A DNA stretch of 64,000 bases, taken from positions 6,681-70,680 of the forward strand of contig JAUWHX010000093.1 in NCBI GenBank assembly GCA_030605695.1, in the 5' to 3' direction. Position numbers and translations under genes: made by a program. The notes under the pieces were generated by a model, which had not been told where the DNA came from, did not search any database, and saw nothing but the letters and a program-made list of their open reading frames with translations. Positions within the stretch are counted from its first letter, which is position 1. Each line of letters begins with the position of its first letter. This stretch comes from a bacterium (GTDB lineage Bacteria > Hydrothermota > UBA3073 > JACQXS01). Of the stretch, positions 46,824 to 58,334 are shown one piece after another.

Positions 46824-47963
46824 ATGATGAGTATATTTTTACTTTTGTTTGGAGTTTTGTGGAATGAGAAAAAGCAAGTAGATACTTTATTGCCGGAACT
46901 TGCCTGGCCCTATTATATATTTGAATCCACTGAGATTGAGGGATATAAAGTAATGATGTTTGAGCCCTCTATGCCCTGTTCTGTGCGTCAATTTATGTGT
47001 GGAGTAGGTTCTATGGCAGATGATGCAAGCAAGGAATGTGAATTATTTGTGTGGAGTGATGCTGGCGGGGAACCTGGATTGTTATTGTTTAATGAAAGTA
47101 TTACTATTAGTGCAACTGATTCTGGCAAGGTTTACTTTTACTGGCATAAATTGAGTTCGCCGGTATCGGTAGTGGGACCGTTTTGGATTGGAGTTAAGGA
47201 ACAAGGGTGTTTATTTCCCACTATAGTTTTTGATGAACTTCAAAAAACATCGGGCAAGTCTATTCATAGTAAAGATGGGACAGATTGGCAAACTTTTGAT
47301 GGGGATTATTTTTATGGTGTAGTGATTGATTATGGAGGAGAAGCTGAGATTTATGTAGAGCCGGATTCACTTGAGTTACTTATGAAAGAAGGTCAAGTTG
47401 ATTCTGAAGTAATATGGGTTTATAATAAGTCGCCTTCCTGTGATTTATCAGTAGATAGTGTTTGCTGGAGCAAGAATTGGATTTTATCTGTGAATCCCGA
47501 AGCTTTTTTATTAGCACCCGGCAGTTCAAAGCGTGTGGATGTAGTTGTTGAAGGTTCAGGAGTTGGGGAATACAATGATACTCTCTGGATTTTTTCAAAT
47601 GACCCCGATAAGAGTATATATCCTGTGCCAGTGCTGCTTTCGGTTGTCGGAGTAGAGGAGGGTTTAGGGTTCAGGGTTCAGGGTTTAGAGTTGAGAGTTT
47701 TTCCGAATCCAGCTTTGGGAGTAGCAAGTATCAGATTTCAGATGCCAGATGCCAGATGCCAGAACTCCGGCAGGAGACATCTAACATCTAACATCTCATT
47801 AAAAATTTATGATGTTGCAGGGAAATTAGTGAATGTACTTTTTGAAGGAGAAAAGGAGTGGGGGGTTCATACTTTATCGGTTAAGCTCACAGGTGGTGTT
47901 TATTTTGTGAAACTCAAAGCAAATGGTCAGGAAATAATCAAAAAACTTATAATAATAAGATGA
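46824..47963 (+). CDS. T9SS cargo protein of unknown function
   Basis: Intact C-terminal domain (..LRVFPNPALGVASIRFQ...ISLKIYDVAGKLVNVLF...GGVYFVKLKANGQEIIKKLIIIR). The linker before it is encoded by GGTTYAG and CAGATGC heptamer tracts (47661-47766). Confidence 0.65.
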   Translation: MMSIFLLLFGVLWNEKKQVDTLLPELAWPYYIFESTEIEGYKVMMFEPSMPCSVRQFMCGVGSMADDASKECELFVWSDAGGEPGLLLFNESITISATDSGKVYFYWHKLSSPVSVVGPFWIGVKEQGCLFPTIVFDELQKTSGKSIHSKDGTDWQTFDGDYFYGVVIDYGGEAEIYVEPDSLELLMKEGQVDSEVIWVYNKSPSCDLSVDSVCWSKNWILSVNPEAFLLAPGSSKRVDVVVEGSGVGEYNDTLWIFSNDPDKSIYPVPVLLSVVGVEEGLGFRVQGLELRVFPNPALGVASIRFQMPDARCQNSGRRHLTSNISLKIYDVAGKLVNVLFEGEKEWGVHTLSVKLTGGVYFVKLKANGQEIIKKLIIIR

Positions 47964-48928
47964 TTTTTTTCTTTGTAATGCTTCTTGAGCCTATTATTGC
48001 TCCCGGAACTACCGAGAGTTGGGATGATATGTGGGTGTTGGATGGTCATGTAATAGCAGTGAATGATACTCTTAAAATGTGGTATCTGGGGAAGAGAGAA
48101 GCCATTGATGTTTATAATCGCATGGGTATTGGGTATGCGTATTCTGTTGATACAGGTAAGACCTGGCAAAAATATTCTGGTAATCCAGTATTTGTCACAG
48201 ATAGTTCTTCACAATGGGAACATTCAAGCACAGGGCATGATGGATTATGGGAAGCAACGGTGATTTATGAGAACGGAGAGTATAAGATGTGGTATCAAAG
48301 TCGAGGTTATTGCAACTGCTTTAATACTTTATATGCAAGGAGTAATGATGGGATTAATTGGGAACGTAGGAATCAGGGAAAGCCGGTAGTATATGCAGGT
48401 TATCATGAAGGAGGTGACCCACGATGGGATTCATGGTATGCTGGAGCAAGGGCGATAATAAAGAAAAACTCTTTGTATTATCTTTTTTATGAGGGAGGAA
48501 GTTTTGGTAGTGGTAATCTTTCTCTGGGACTTGCGATTGGGACAAGTGAGACTACTTTTATGAAAATGGATACAAGCAAGCCGGTATTCACGACTGTTGG
48601 GACACCTGATACAATATGGGCAGGGGAATCAATAATTCCAAATGTTATTCTTGATGATGGGACTTTCATCTTGATTTACTCACCTAATATTACGCTTGCA
48701 CCACCTGCTACTGTAGGACTTGCTTTGAGCAAAGATGGGATAAATTGGGAGCGGTATGATAGAAATCCTTTTTGTGATTTCGGTAGAATGGGAATTCCCG
48801 GTGGGCAAGTTACATCAGTATATTGGGATATTACACCAGGATTAACGAAAGAATTGATTGCAATATTGAGAAGGATTCCTGCGGGTATATTTTCCTGTAA
48901 AATGCCTGTTCTATTGATTAGACCGTAA
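47960..48928 (+). CDS. Beta-propeller glycosidase-like protein (GH43/GH130-like fold)
   Basis: Repeated W/Y-rich blades (..MWYLG.., ..YKMWYQS.., ..LYYLFYEGG..). The ATG overlaps the upstream TGA. Confidence 0.4.
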   Translation: MIFFFVMLLEPIIAPGTTESWDDMWVLDGHVIAVNDTLKMWYLGKREAIDVYNRMGIGYAYSVDTGKTWQKYSGNPVFVTDSSSQWEHSSTGHDGLWEATVIYENGEYKMWYQSRGYCNCFNTLYARSNDGINWERRNQGKPVVYAGYHEGGDPRWDSWYAGARAIIKKNSLYYLFYEGGSFGSGNLSLGLAIGTSETTFMKMDTSKPVFTTVGTPDTIWAGESIIPNVILDDGTFILIYSPNITLAPPATVGLALSKDGINWERYDRNPFCDFGRMGIPGGQVTSVYWDITPGLTKELIAILRRIPAGIFSCKMPVLLIRP

Positions 48929-48957
48929 GAAAATTACACGGACTGTTATTACAATTT

Positions 48958-51075
<2,118 letters not shown>

Positions 51076-51076
51076 T

Positions 51077-52297
51077 ATGAAAGAATTTATTCGAAGAATC
51101 CTGTGGATAGGAGTAATTTTATTTATATATTCGTCCTGCCTGTCAGCTGACCCTTGTGGATTAGACTTGAAGGTTCTTCAAGATTCATTGAACTTGCGAG
51201 GTAGTCCCTGGGTTGCAGGAACAACATCTGTTTCTGAACTTTCTTGTGAAGCCAAACGCAAGTTATGTTGTGAGATATTTCCTGACCCTATTGAAGTCTA
51301 TAGGGATAAAAGTGTAGAAGGTCTTTGCTTCCCTCCTTCTTGGGATTGGCGAAACCATAAAGGACATAATTGGATGACACCTGTCAAGAGTCAACTGGGT
51401 TGTTGTTGTTGTGGGTGTTTTGCTACTGTTGCTGGATTTGAATCTCGGCTAAAGATTGTGAACAACCTTCCTGATACAAACATTGACCTTTCTGAGGAAT
51501 TTTTCATCTCCTGTGATTTCCGCGATTTTGGATGTCATGGAGGAAGTTTAGATTGGTATGCGCAATTTGTGGCAGAGACAGGAGTTCCGGATGAAGATTG
51601 TTTTCCATATATAGCAGAGGTTTTGCCCTGTTGTATGTCCTGCCCTGATTGGGAAAATAGAGTCAAGAAAGCTAAAACTTGGAAAACTACATCCTATGTT
51701 ACAGAATATAAATTACGGATAATGGAAGGACCTTTAGCATGTTTGTTAACTCCTTATTTAGACTTTTTTTATTATAAGGGTGGGGTTTATGAACCTATTA
51801 TTGGAGAGAAATATGTTCACGCGGTTTGTTTATGTGGATGGGATGATGTAAAAGGAGCATGGCTTGTAAAAAATTCAGGAGGTGAGGGCTGGGGTGAAAA
51901 AGGATACGCTTGGATACGTTATGGTGAGGAGGAATTAGTGGGCCCCGGACATCCAGTCTGGTTAGAGGTAGAAGCATCTAAAGATTTTAGAGACAGTTTA
52001 GAGTTTAAAGTTGAGAGTTTAGAGTTGAGGGTTTGTCCAAATCCATTCAGAGAGAAAACCGTTATTCGTTATTCGTTAAGTGCAAATCAGATAATTGATG
52101 ATTTGCGATTCACGATTCACGATATCGCTGGGAGATTTGTTCGGGAAATTCCGACTCACGACTCACGAATCACGAATCACGAAATAGTGTGGGCTGGCAA
52201 TGATGAATTAGGAAATAAAGTAACACCTGGTATTTATTTCTTGCGAGCCGAATTAGATAATAAAAAGTATATCAAGAAAGTAGTTTTATTGAAGTAG
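51077..52297 (+). CDS. Papain-like (C1A) cysteine peptidase T9SS cargo
   Basis: Q...C region, YVHAVCLCGWDD (catalytic His), VKNSGGEGWGEKGYAWIRYG (Asn/Trp region), plus an intact C-terminal sorting domain. Confidence 0.65.
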   Translation: MKEFIRRILWIGVILFIYSSCLSADPCGLDLKVLQDSLNLRGSPWVAGTTSVSELSCEAKRKLCCEIFPDPIEVYRDKSVEGLCFPPSWDWRNHKGHNWMTPVKSQLGCCCCGCFATVAGFESRLKIVNNLPDTNIDLSEEFFISCDFRDFGCHGGSLDWYAQFVAETGVPDEDCFPYIAEVLPCCMSCPDWENRVKKAKTWKTTSYVTEYKLRIMEGPLACLLTPYLDFFYYKGGVYEPIIGEKYVHAVCLCGWDDVKGAWLVKNSGGEGWGEKGYAWIRYGEEELVGPGHPVWLEVEASKDFRDSLEFKVESLELRVCPNPFREKTVIRYSLSANQIIDDLRFTIHDIAGRFVREIPTHDSRITNHEIVWAGNDELGNKVTPGIYFLRAELDNKKYIKKVVLLK

Positions 52298-52394
52298 AGG
52301 CATCTCAAGATTGCAAGAGAGAGATAGGTAGGAATGTCTGTTTTACTAAAATCTTGCGTAGCAATGAGACTTTCACTTTAAAAAAGGAGAAAAT

Positions 52395-54644
52395 ATGTGG
52401 ATTTTCTTATGGTTTTGTTTAATTTCCAATCCGTCAGCTCACAACGAGTCTGCCCATACGGGTCTTGAGACGACCGATGGTTCGAAGAATCCTGTCGCAG
52501 ACTCCTTTGGAGCGGAAGAAAAGGCAGGTTTTGATTCTTTAAATATGAATTTTGTGGGTAATTGGCCCTTTGGGTCGGGGTCTTGGGCTGTTGCAGCTGA
52601 TTCTTCAAGGGGAATTGTTTTTTTGGGAGCAAGTGGAGGAGTGTATTCAATAGATGTAAATACTCCCTCAAACCCGATAAAGATTTCCGAAGGAATTCAT
52701 ACCAGAGGACTTGTTCGTGATTTATTTTATAGAGATAGCACTCTCTACATAGCAGACGGAAAAGGAGGATTTGAGATATGGAATGTCAAAAACTCAGGTA
52801 ATCCAGAAAAACTTGGGTATTATCTTACGAGTGGTAAAGCATGGGGTGTTGGAGTTAGTGGGGATTACGGATATATTGCAGATTATAGTTCTGGACTTTG
52901 TATTATAGATATTAAGAATCCCAACAATCCACAAGAGCTTGGTTCCTGTGAAGGAATCGGATATGCATACAATGTAGCAGTATCAGGAGATTACGCATAT
53001 ATTGCAGATTGCAATAACGGACTTCGGGTTATAGATATTTCTGATTCTTCTAATCCGCAAGAGGTTGGTTTATACACTGCACCGAGTTATACAGAGGCCG
53101 TAGCACTGAGTGGAAATTACGCATATGTCGCTTGCTATGACTCTGGGCTTCGCATAGTGGATATTAGTGATTCTTCTAATCCTCATGAGGTGGGCGCATA
53201 TGATACTCCTGGCTATGCATTAAATGTAGCGATAAGAGGTACTTATGCTTATGTAGCAGATTGTAATCACGGGCTTCGTATAGTGGATATTAGTATAGCT
53301 TCTAACCCTCATGAAGTGGGTGCGTGTGACATATCAGGGTTTTTATTTGATGTGGTGGTATTTGGGAACTATGCATATGTGGCAGATGAACTTGCTGGAC
53401 TTCGGGTTATAGATATTAGTGACTCCTCTAATCCTCAAGAAGTAGGAATTTATAAAATTCCTCATCATGCATACGGTGTCGCAATAGATGGAAATTATGC
53501 CTATGTTGCAGACTGCAAGGCTGGACTTCGAGTGCTGGATATCGCAGACCCATCGAATCCTAAAGAAATTGGATGCAAGGAAACTCCAGGGCGACTTCGA
53601 GATTTAGCGATAAAAGGAAACTATGCGTATGTAGCGAATGGTATATGCGGGCTTGGTGTTTATGATATAATGACTCCATCGAATCCAATATATATAAGAG
53701 AATGCCCACTAACGGGTTATTCCTGGGATATAGCGATAAATGATAGTTATGCGTATGTTGCAGCTCAAAATTCTGGATTACGGGTTATAGATATAAAAGA
53801 CCCCCGAGAACCTCATAGTATAGGATTTTGCCCTGTGTGGCAGACAAGAGCTGTTACGGTATCAGGAAATTATGCTTATGTTGGAGATGGACCCTTTGGG
53901 GTTCATATTATAGATATCAGTAACCCTTATCATCCAGAGAAAAAAGGTAGTTATGTTACACCTGGAAATGTATTAGCCGTGGCAGTATCAGGAGATTACG
54001 CATATATTGCAGATTGCAATAACGGACTTCGGGTAATTGATATTAGGAATCCTGATTCACTTAAAGAAATAGGATTTTGCGATACACCCGGCAATGCAGA
54101 GGATGTGGTAGTACTTGGAGACTATGCGTATGTAGCAGATTGTGGAAGTGGAGTTCGTGTTATAGATATTTCTGACCCTTTTAATCCGAAGGAAGTTGCC
54201 TTTTATGATACTCCGGGATATGCTCTGGGAATTGCTGTTGATGGAGAATATATATATATAGCAGACAAGAATGCGGGAATTCAGATTTATAAAATTTCAT
54301 TTACAGGAGTGGCAGAAAAGAGTGATCGCGACCTCTATGTTGCGAGTTCTTGGATTAGGACAAGAATGGGAAAAGGAGGCGTTCTTGTAGAATATAGCTT
54401 ACCTCTCTTAACTCTCAACTCCCAACTCCCAACTATTTTCTTATATGATGTTCTTGGAAGAGAGATTGACAAGTTTGAGCTTGATACAAAAACTCGTCCC
54501 TCCCAACCCCTAACCCCTAATCCCCAAACCCTAGCTCACGAGTTCTGGATTGATATGAATAACTATGCAAATGGAGTTTATTTTATTAAACTAACCCTGC
54601 CAGACAGAACTACAAAGAAGTGCAAGTTCATCTGGGTTCAATAG
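52395..54644 (+). CDS. LVIVD-repeat beta-propeller T9SS cargo (second paralog)
   Basis: More than 14 LVIVD-type repeats and a divergent C-terminal sorting domain. The 5' region carries the dispersed repeats R1+R2 in-frame. Confidence 0.7.
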   Translation: MWIFLWFCLISNPSAHNESAHTGLETTDGSKNPVADSFGAEEKAGFDSLNMNFVGNWPFGSGSWAVAADSSRGIVFLGASGGVYSIDVNTPSNPIKISEGIHTRGLVRDLFYRDSTLYIADGKGGFEIWNVKNSGNPEKLGYYLTSGKAWGVGVSGDYGYIADYSSGLCIIDIKNPNNPQELGSCEGIGYAYNVAVSGDYAYIADCNNGLRVIDISDSSNPQEVGLYTAPSYTEAVALSGNYAYVACYDSGLRIVDISDSSNPHEVGAYDTPGYALNVAIRGTYAYVADCNHGLRIVDISIASNPHEVGACDISGFLFDVVVFGNYAYVADELAGLRVIDISDSSNPQEVGIYKIPHHAYGVAIDGNYAYVADCKAGLRVLDIADPSNPKEIGCKETPGRLRDLAIKGNYAYVANGICGLGVYDIMTPSNPIYIRECPLTGYSWDIAINDSYAYVAAQNSGLRVIDIKDPREPHSIGFCPVWQTRAVTVSGNYAYVGDGPFGVHIIDISNPYHPEKKGSYVTPGNVLAVAVSGDYAYIADCNNGLRVIDIRNPDSLKEIGFCDTPGNAEDVVVLGDYAYVADCGSGVRVIDISDPFNPKEVAFYDTPGYALGIAVDGEYIYIADKNAGIQIYKISFTGVAEKSDRDLYVASSWIRTRMGKGGVLVEYSLPLLTLNSQLPTIFLYDVLGREIDKFELDTKTRPSQPLTPNPQTLAHEFWIDMNNYANGVYFIKLTLPDRTTKKCKFIWVQ

Positions 54645-54647
54645 ACT

Positions 54648-55709
54648 TTAATTTAAGACATACGAGAGTTCTATGTTCCAGTAGCTACAATCATAAATAT
54701 AAGGTGACATCCTGACCCACAATTTTAATGGGGTTGCTTTCATAGATAATCCTAAGCATATAGGATAATCAGAAAAGAATGTAAAAGTATTGATTCTATC
54801 ATGTTCAATATGGTTTATGCTATGGCCTATACACTGGGAAAAATTACCTAATATTGAAAAATTACCTAAAAGTTGTTCAACACCAACTCCTAAACTAAAG
54901 ATTATTTTCGTATCTCGCTTTAATCCTGCTATCAAAGGGTGTGGAGGTCTATAATAGTATAAATATTCTAATTGCCCGATTGTATAAATTTTTGAGGTAG
55001 GAGTATTCACTAATGGTGCACCTACTCTATCAAAGACAGTAATAAAATAATGAGAAGAAGTATCAATTAAAGAAATATAAGTGATAGAGAAATAATTATT
55101 AATTCTTCCCTTAATTCCTATACCAGCATTTATGACGGTTTCATTAATTTTTGGGGATTCAGACGGCCAATGCCAATAGCCTTTGTACCGAAATTTAGAA
55201 AAAGTAATTACTCCATTTACAAGCTCGTTCAAAATCATACCCAAACTGAAAGAATGTACCCTCTCATCTACTGGAATGCCGGAATAATGAGAATAATCTC
55301 GGTCATCATAACTATATAAATATCCTATGCCTAAACTTTGTTTTCCCATTTTTCGAGCATAAACTATACCTATTTTCTTGTCGTTTAAATCAGTTAACTT
55401 TTTTATAGAGAAAGGCAAGATAGTTCTTATGTAAACACTGAAGCCAAAATTAGTTAGTATAGCACTTCTTATATGGTAATCATCATAATAACGGTAAGGA
55501 TAATTCCGCTCGTGGCCATTAAAATATAGTCTGTTTTTTGTTATATTAGCAGCCGATGCAGGATTAAGGAATATATCTGTTAAAGTATCTGGTATAATTC
55601 CAGGGGATAGAGGACCTAGTAATTCAGTTCGCACAGATAATTCAGGTATCCACAGATACTCTGGCCTTTGCGACCATAACAATAATAAGAAAAGTAATTT
55701 AATCCCCAT
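54648..55709 (-). CDS. Outer-membrane beta-barrel, tentatively PorP/SprF-like T9SS component
   Basis: Beta-strand periodicity throughout. N-terminal ...DIFLNPASAANI resembles the NPAYAG motif of PorP/SprF proteins. Adjacent to T9SS cargo genes. Confidence 0.35.
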   Translation of the reverse strand: MGIKLLFLLLLWSQRPEYLWIPELSVRTELLGPLSPGIIPDTLTDIFLNPASAANITKNRLYFNGHERNYPYRYYDDYHIRSAILTNFGFSVYIRTILPFSIKKLTDLNDKKIGIVYARKMGKQSLGIGYLYSYDDRDYSHYSGIPVDERVHSFSLGMILNELVNGVITFSKFRYKGYWHWPSESPKINETVINAGIGIKGRINNYFSITYISLIDTSSHYFITVFDRVGAPLVNTPTSKIYTIGQLEYLYYYRPPHPLIAGLKRDTKIIFSLGVGVEQLLGNFSILGNFSQCIGHSINHIEHDRINTFTFFSDYPICLGLSMKATPLKLWVRMSPYIYDCSYWNIELSYVLN

Positions 55710-56613
55710 AAGAAAGACTGACTTCCCAATAATTTGTATTAAATGGTTCGAAGAATCCTGTGGAGTGGTTGCCCATACTCACTGTCGCGGTAAATGGTGA
55801 ACATTTATAAGTAAATCCCATTGAAATGAACTTGTCTGCCTCTACTTCTTTCTCAAAATACTTAATTTGTATTGTATACCCACCATATAAACTTAATTGT
55901 TTAAATGCATTAAAATCTAATACGAGTGGGATAGAGTATTTAATGTGCTCATTCTCCCACTCAATTTTTATCGCTTTTACAAATGAACCTCTTTGCAAAT
56001 GATTTATATGGTACGCACCCACAAAATTAAGCTTATTATCAGGTAAAGTACTTAATAAAAAAGCAACTCCATAATTAGGAGATGCGTGAGAAAAATAAGT
56101 TAATGATTCGAATGCTTCTGCAGTGTCTTCCTTTGAAGTTATTATAGAGAGAGAAGTATTGGTGGGAAAAATGAAGCCAAGCTTAGCCCCTAATATATAA
56201 TTCCATCCCTCACTCCAGGGATATCTATACCACCAATCTTTACGGTCAACAAAAATTGAAGTTCCATACTTTATATTACCATCGTAGCCAAAAAATATTT
56301 CGCCTCTATTATGTTCGTGTAATTCATTACGACGAGGAGCTTCTTCTGAAAGTGATACCATTCCACCGAGACAAGTTTTGTTGGTGTTTATTATAGGAAA
56401 TATAGTTCTGTAAGCCACGAAATCACGATAGTGTTCCTTTAACCTCAAAAGGTCTAACCAATATTTGTTAACATCAAGCACGGATGCCGGATTCCAAATT
56501 GCATTTATACTACTATCTGGGTAAATACCAAAAAGTGTATAACTCGTAGCTTGCTGTTTTACCGATGGGAAGGTAAAAATATGCTCAAGAGAGAGAAATA
56601 AAAGAAATAACAT
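55699..56613 (-). CDS. Outer-membrane beta-barrel, tentatively PorP/SprF-like (paralog)
   Basis: N-terminal ..INAIWNPASVLDV motif, beta-barrel-like periodicity. Overlaps the downstream paralog by 11 nt. Confidence 0.35.
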   Translation of the reverse strand: MLFLLFLSLEHIFTFPSVKQQATSYTLFGIYPDSSINAIWNPASVLDVNKYWLDLLRLKEHYRDFVAYRTIFPIINTNKTCLGGMVSLSEEAPRRNELHEHNRGEIFFGYDGNIKYGTSIFVDRKDWWYRYPWSEGWNYILGAKLGFIFPTNTSLSIITSKEDTAEAFESLTYFSHASPNYGVAFLLSTLPDNKLNFVGAYHINHLQRGSFVKAIKIEWENEHIKYSIPLVLDFNAFKQLSLYGGYTIQIKYFEKEVEADKFISMGFTYKCSPFTATVSMGNHSTGFFEPFNTNYWEVSLSYGD

Positions 56614-56733
56614 ATAATTTAATTATCTTCAGAGTACCAAAGAAGTCAAGTCTTTATCAGAGGTGGGTAGGCAAGCTTTTATGCCTTGCAATAAATATGG
56701 GTAGGTTGAAACCCTCGCTTCAACCATCTTGAA

Positions 56734-58179
56734 TTATCTCATAAGGCATATTTTCAGTGTTTTTGTATGAGTTTTACCCTGTGATTTTGCAGATAATTTG
56801 CTAAAATATACACCTGTTGCAAGTTTCTCTCCAGAATTATCAGTCGCATCCCATCTTGTAGTATAACAACCTGCGTTTCTCGGTTCATCTATAAGAGTTG
56901 CTACTTTTTCTCCAAGTAAATTATAAATACTAATATTCACATTAGAATCTTCTGGTAATCCAAATTTAATTTCCGTGGAATTAGAGAAAGGATTAGATGA
57001 ATTCTGAGAGAGCAAGAATTCATTGGGTAAACTTAATTTCCCTTCTTCTGTTCCTGCATCAGGTTCTAACTTTATAAGCCATAACTCTCTCACAGGGGGA
57101 ACAATGGGCGAAGTTTCTCCACTAATGATATATCCTCCATCTGTGGTCTGCTGAACACACCAACCTATATGGTATCCGTCAGGATTACCCAGAATCTTTG
57201 TCCACAGAGTATCACCTGATGTATCTGTCTTTAAAATCCAAAGAATACCGCCAGCATTTTCTCCCGCAATGACATATCCGCCATCCTGTGTCTGCTGGAC
57301 AGAATAGCCTATATCGGTACCCATGCCACCACAGCCAAAAGTCTTATCCCACTCTTTATCACCCAGCGAATCTGTCTTTATTAACCAGACATCTCCTGTT
57401 GGTTCACCATAGGACCTTGTTTCTCCAGTTATGACATATCCATCATCCGAGGTTTGCTGAACACACTTTCCTGCATCACCATTGGTTCCGCCAAAAGTCT
57501 TATCCCACTCCTTATTACCCAGTGAATCTGTTTTTATAAGCCAGACATCCGGCCCACTTGCATCAAAGTCTATCCATCCAGTAATGATATATCCACCATC
57601 CTGAATCTGTTGAACACACTTTCCTCCCTCATAACCACCGGTACCGAAAGTTTTATCCCATTCTTTTTCACCCAGTGAATCTGTCTTTATTAGCCAAACA
57701 TCGTACTCACCTGCACCATAGGACTTCGTATATCCTGTTATTATATATCCACCATCCTGAGTCTGCTGGACACTTTTGCCTTCTTCACTCTCGGTTCCAC
57801 CAAAAGTTTTATCCCACTCTTTGTTGCCCAGGGGATCTGTTTTTATAAGTCCAACATCTCCAGTTACAGCTCCTGTCATAACATATCCGTCATCTTGTGT
57901 CTGCTGGACAGAATAGCCACAAGATTTACCGCCAAAAGTTTTATACCACTCCTTATTACCCAGCGAATCTACCTTTAAAAGAGGCATACCCTGAGGACTC
58001 TCAGATGTATTTATACTTCCTGTTATGATATATCCGCCATCTTGTGTCTGCTGGACAGAATAGCCGATTTTCATTTCCTTGAATTTTCGTGTCCATGCAG
58101 TATCAGGTGCTTCTGCACATAAACTCGTGTCTCCAAACAATAAAACACCAACAAAAATAGGCAAAAAATACTTCTTCAT
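56734..58179 (-). CDS. T9SS cargo with about-45-aa tandem repeats (DSLGNKEWDKTFGG...GYIITG.T.SYG.G..DVWLIKT, x7)
   Basis: Signal peptide, repeat body paralogous to 29447 and 63517, C-terminal sorting domain. Confidence 0.7.
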   Translation of the reverse strand: MKKYFLPIFVGVLLFGDTSLCAEAPDTAWTRKFKEMKIGYSVQQTQDGGYIITGSINTSESPQGMPLLKVDSLGNKEWYKTFGGKSCGYSVQQTQDDGYVMTGAVTGDVGLIKTDPLGNKEWDKTFGGTESEEGKSVQQTQDGGYIITGYTKSYGAGEYDVWLIKTDSLGEKEWDKTFGTGGYEGGKCVQQIQDGGYIITGWIDFDASGPDVWLIKTDSLGNKEWDKTFGGTNGDAGKCVQQTSDDGYVITGETRSYGEPTGDVWLIKTDSLGDKEWDKTFGCGGMGTDIGYSVQQTQDGGYVIAGENAGGILWILKTDTSGDTLWTKILGNPDGYHIGWCVQQTTDGGYIISGETSPIVPPVRELWLIKLEPDAGTEEGKLSLPNEFLLSQNSSNPFSNSTEIKFGLPEDSNVNISIYNLLGEKVATLIDEPRNAGCYTTRWDATDNSGEKLATGVYFSKLSAKSQGKTHTKTLKICLMR

Positions 58180-58334
58180 AATTACACCTCCTAATATTAT
58201 TTTACTTCCTTTTCACAAAAAGTCAAGTGAGATTATATAATTTCTTGGATTGACACATAACCCGAAATAATTGGTGCTTGACTTATTAGAAATTAGGAGT
58301 TAGGGTTTAGGGATTAAATTAAGAAGGAGATAAC

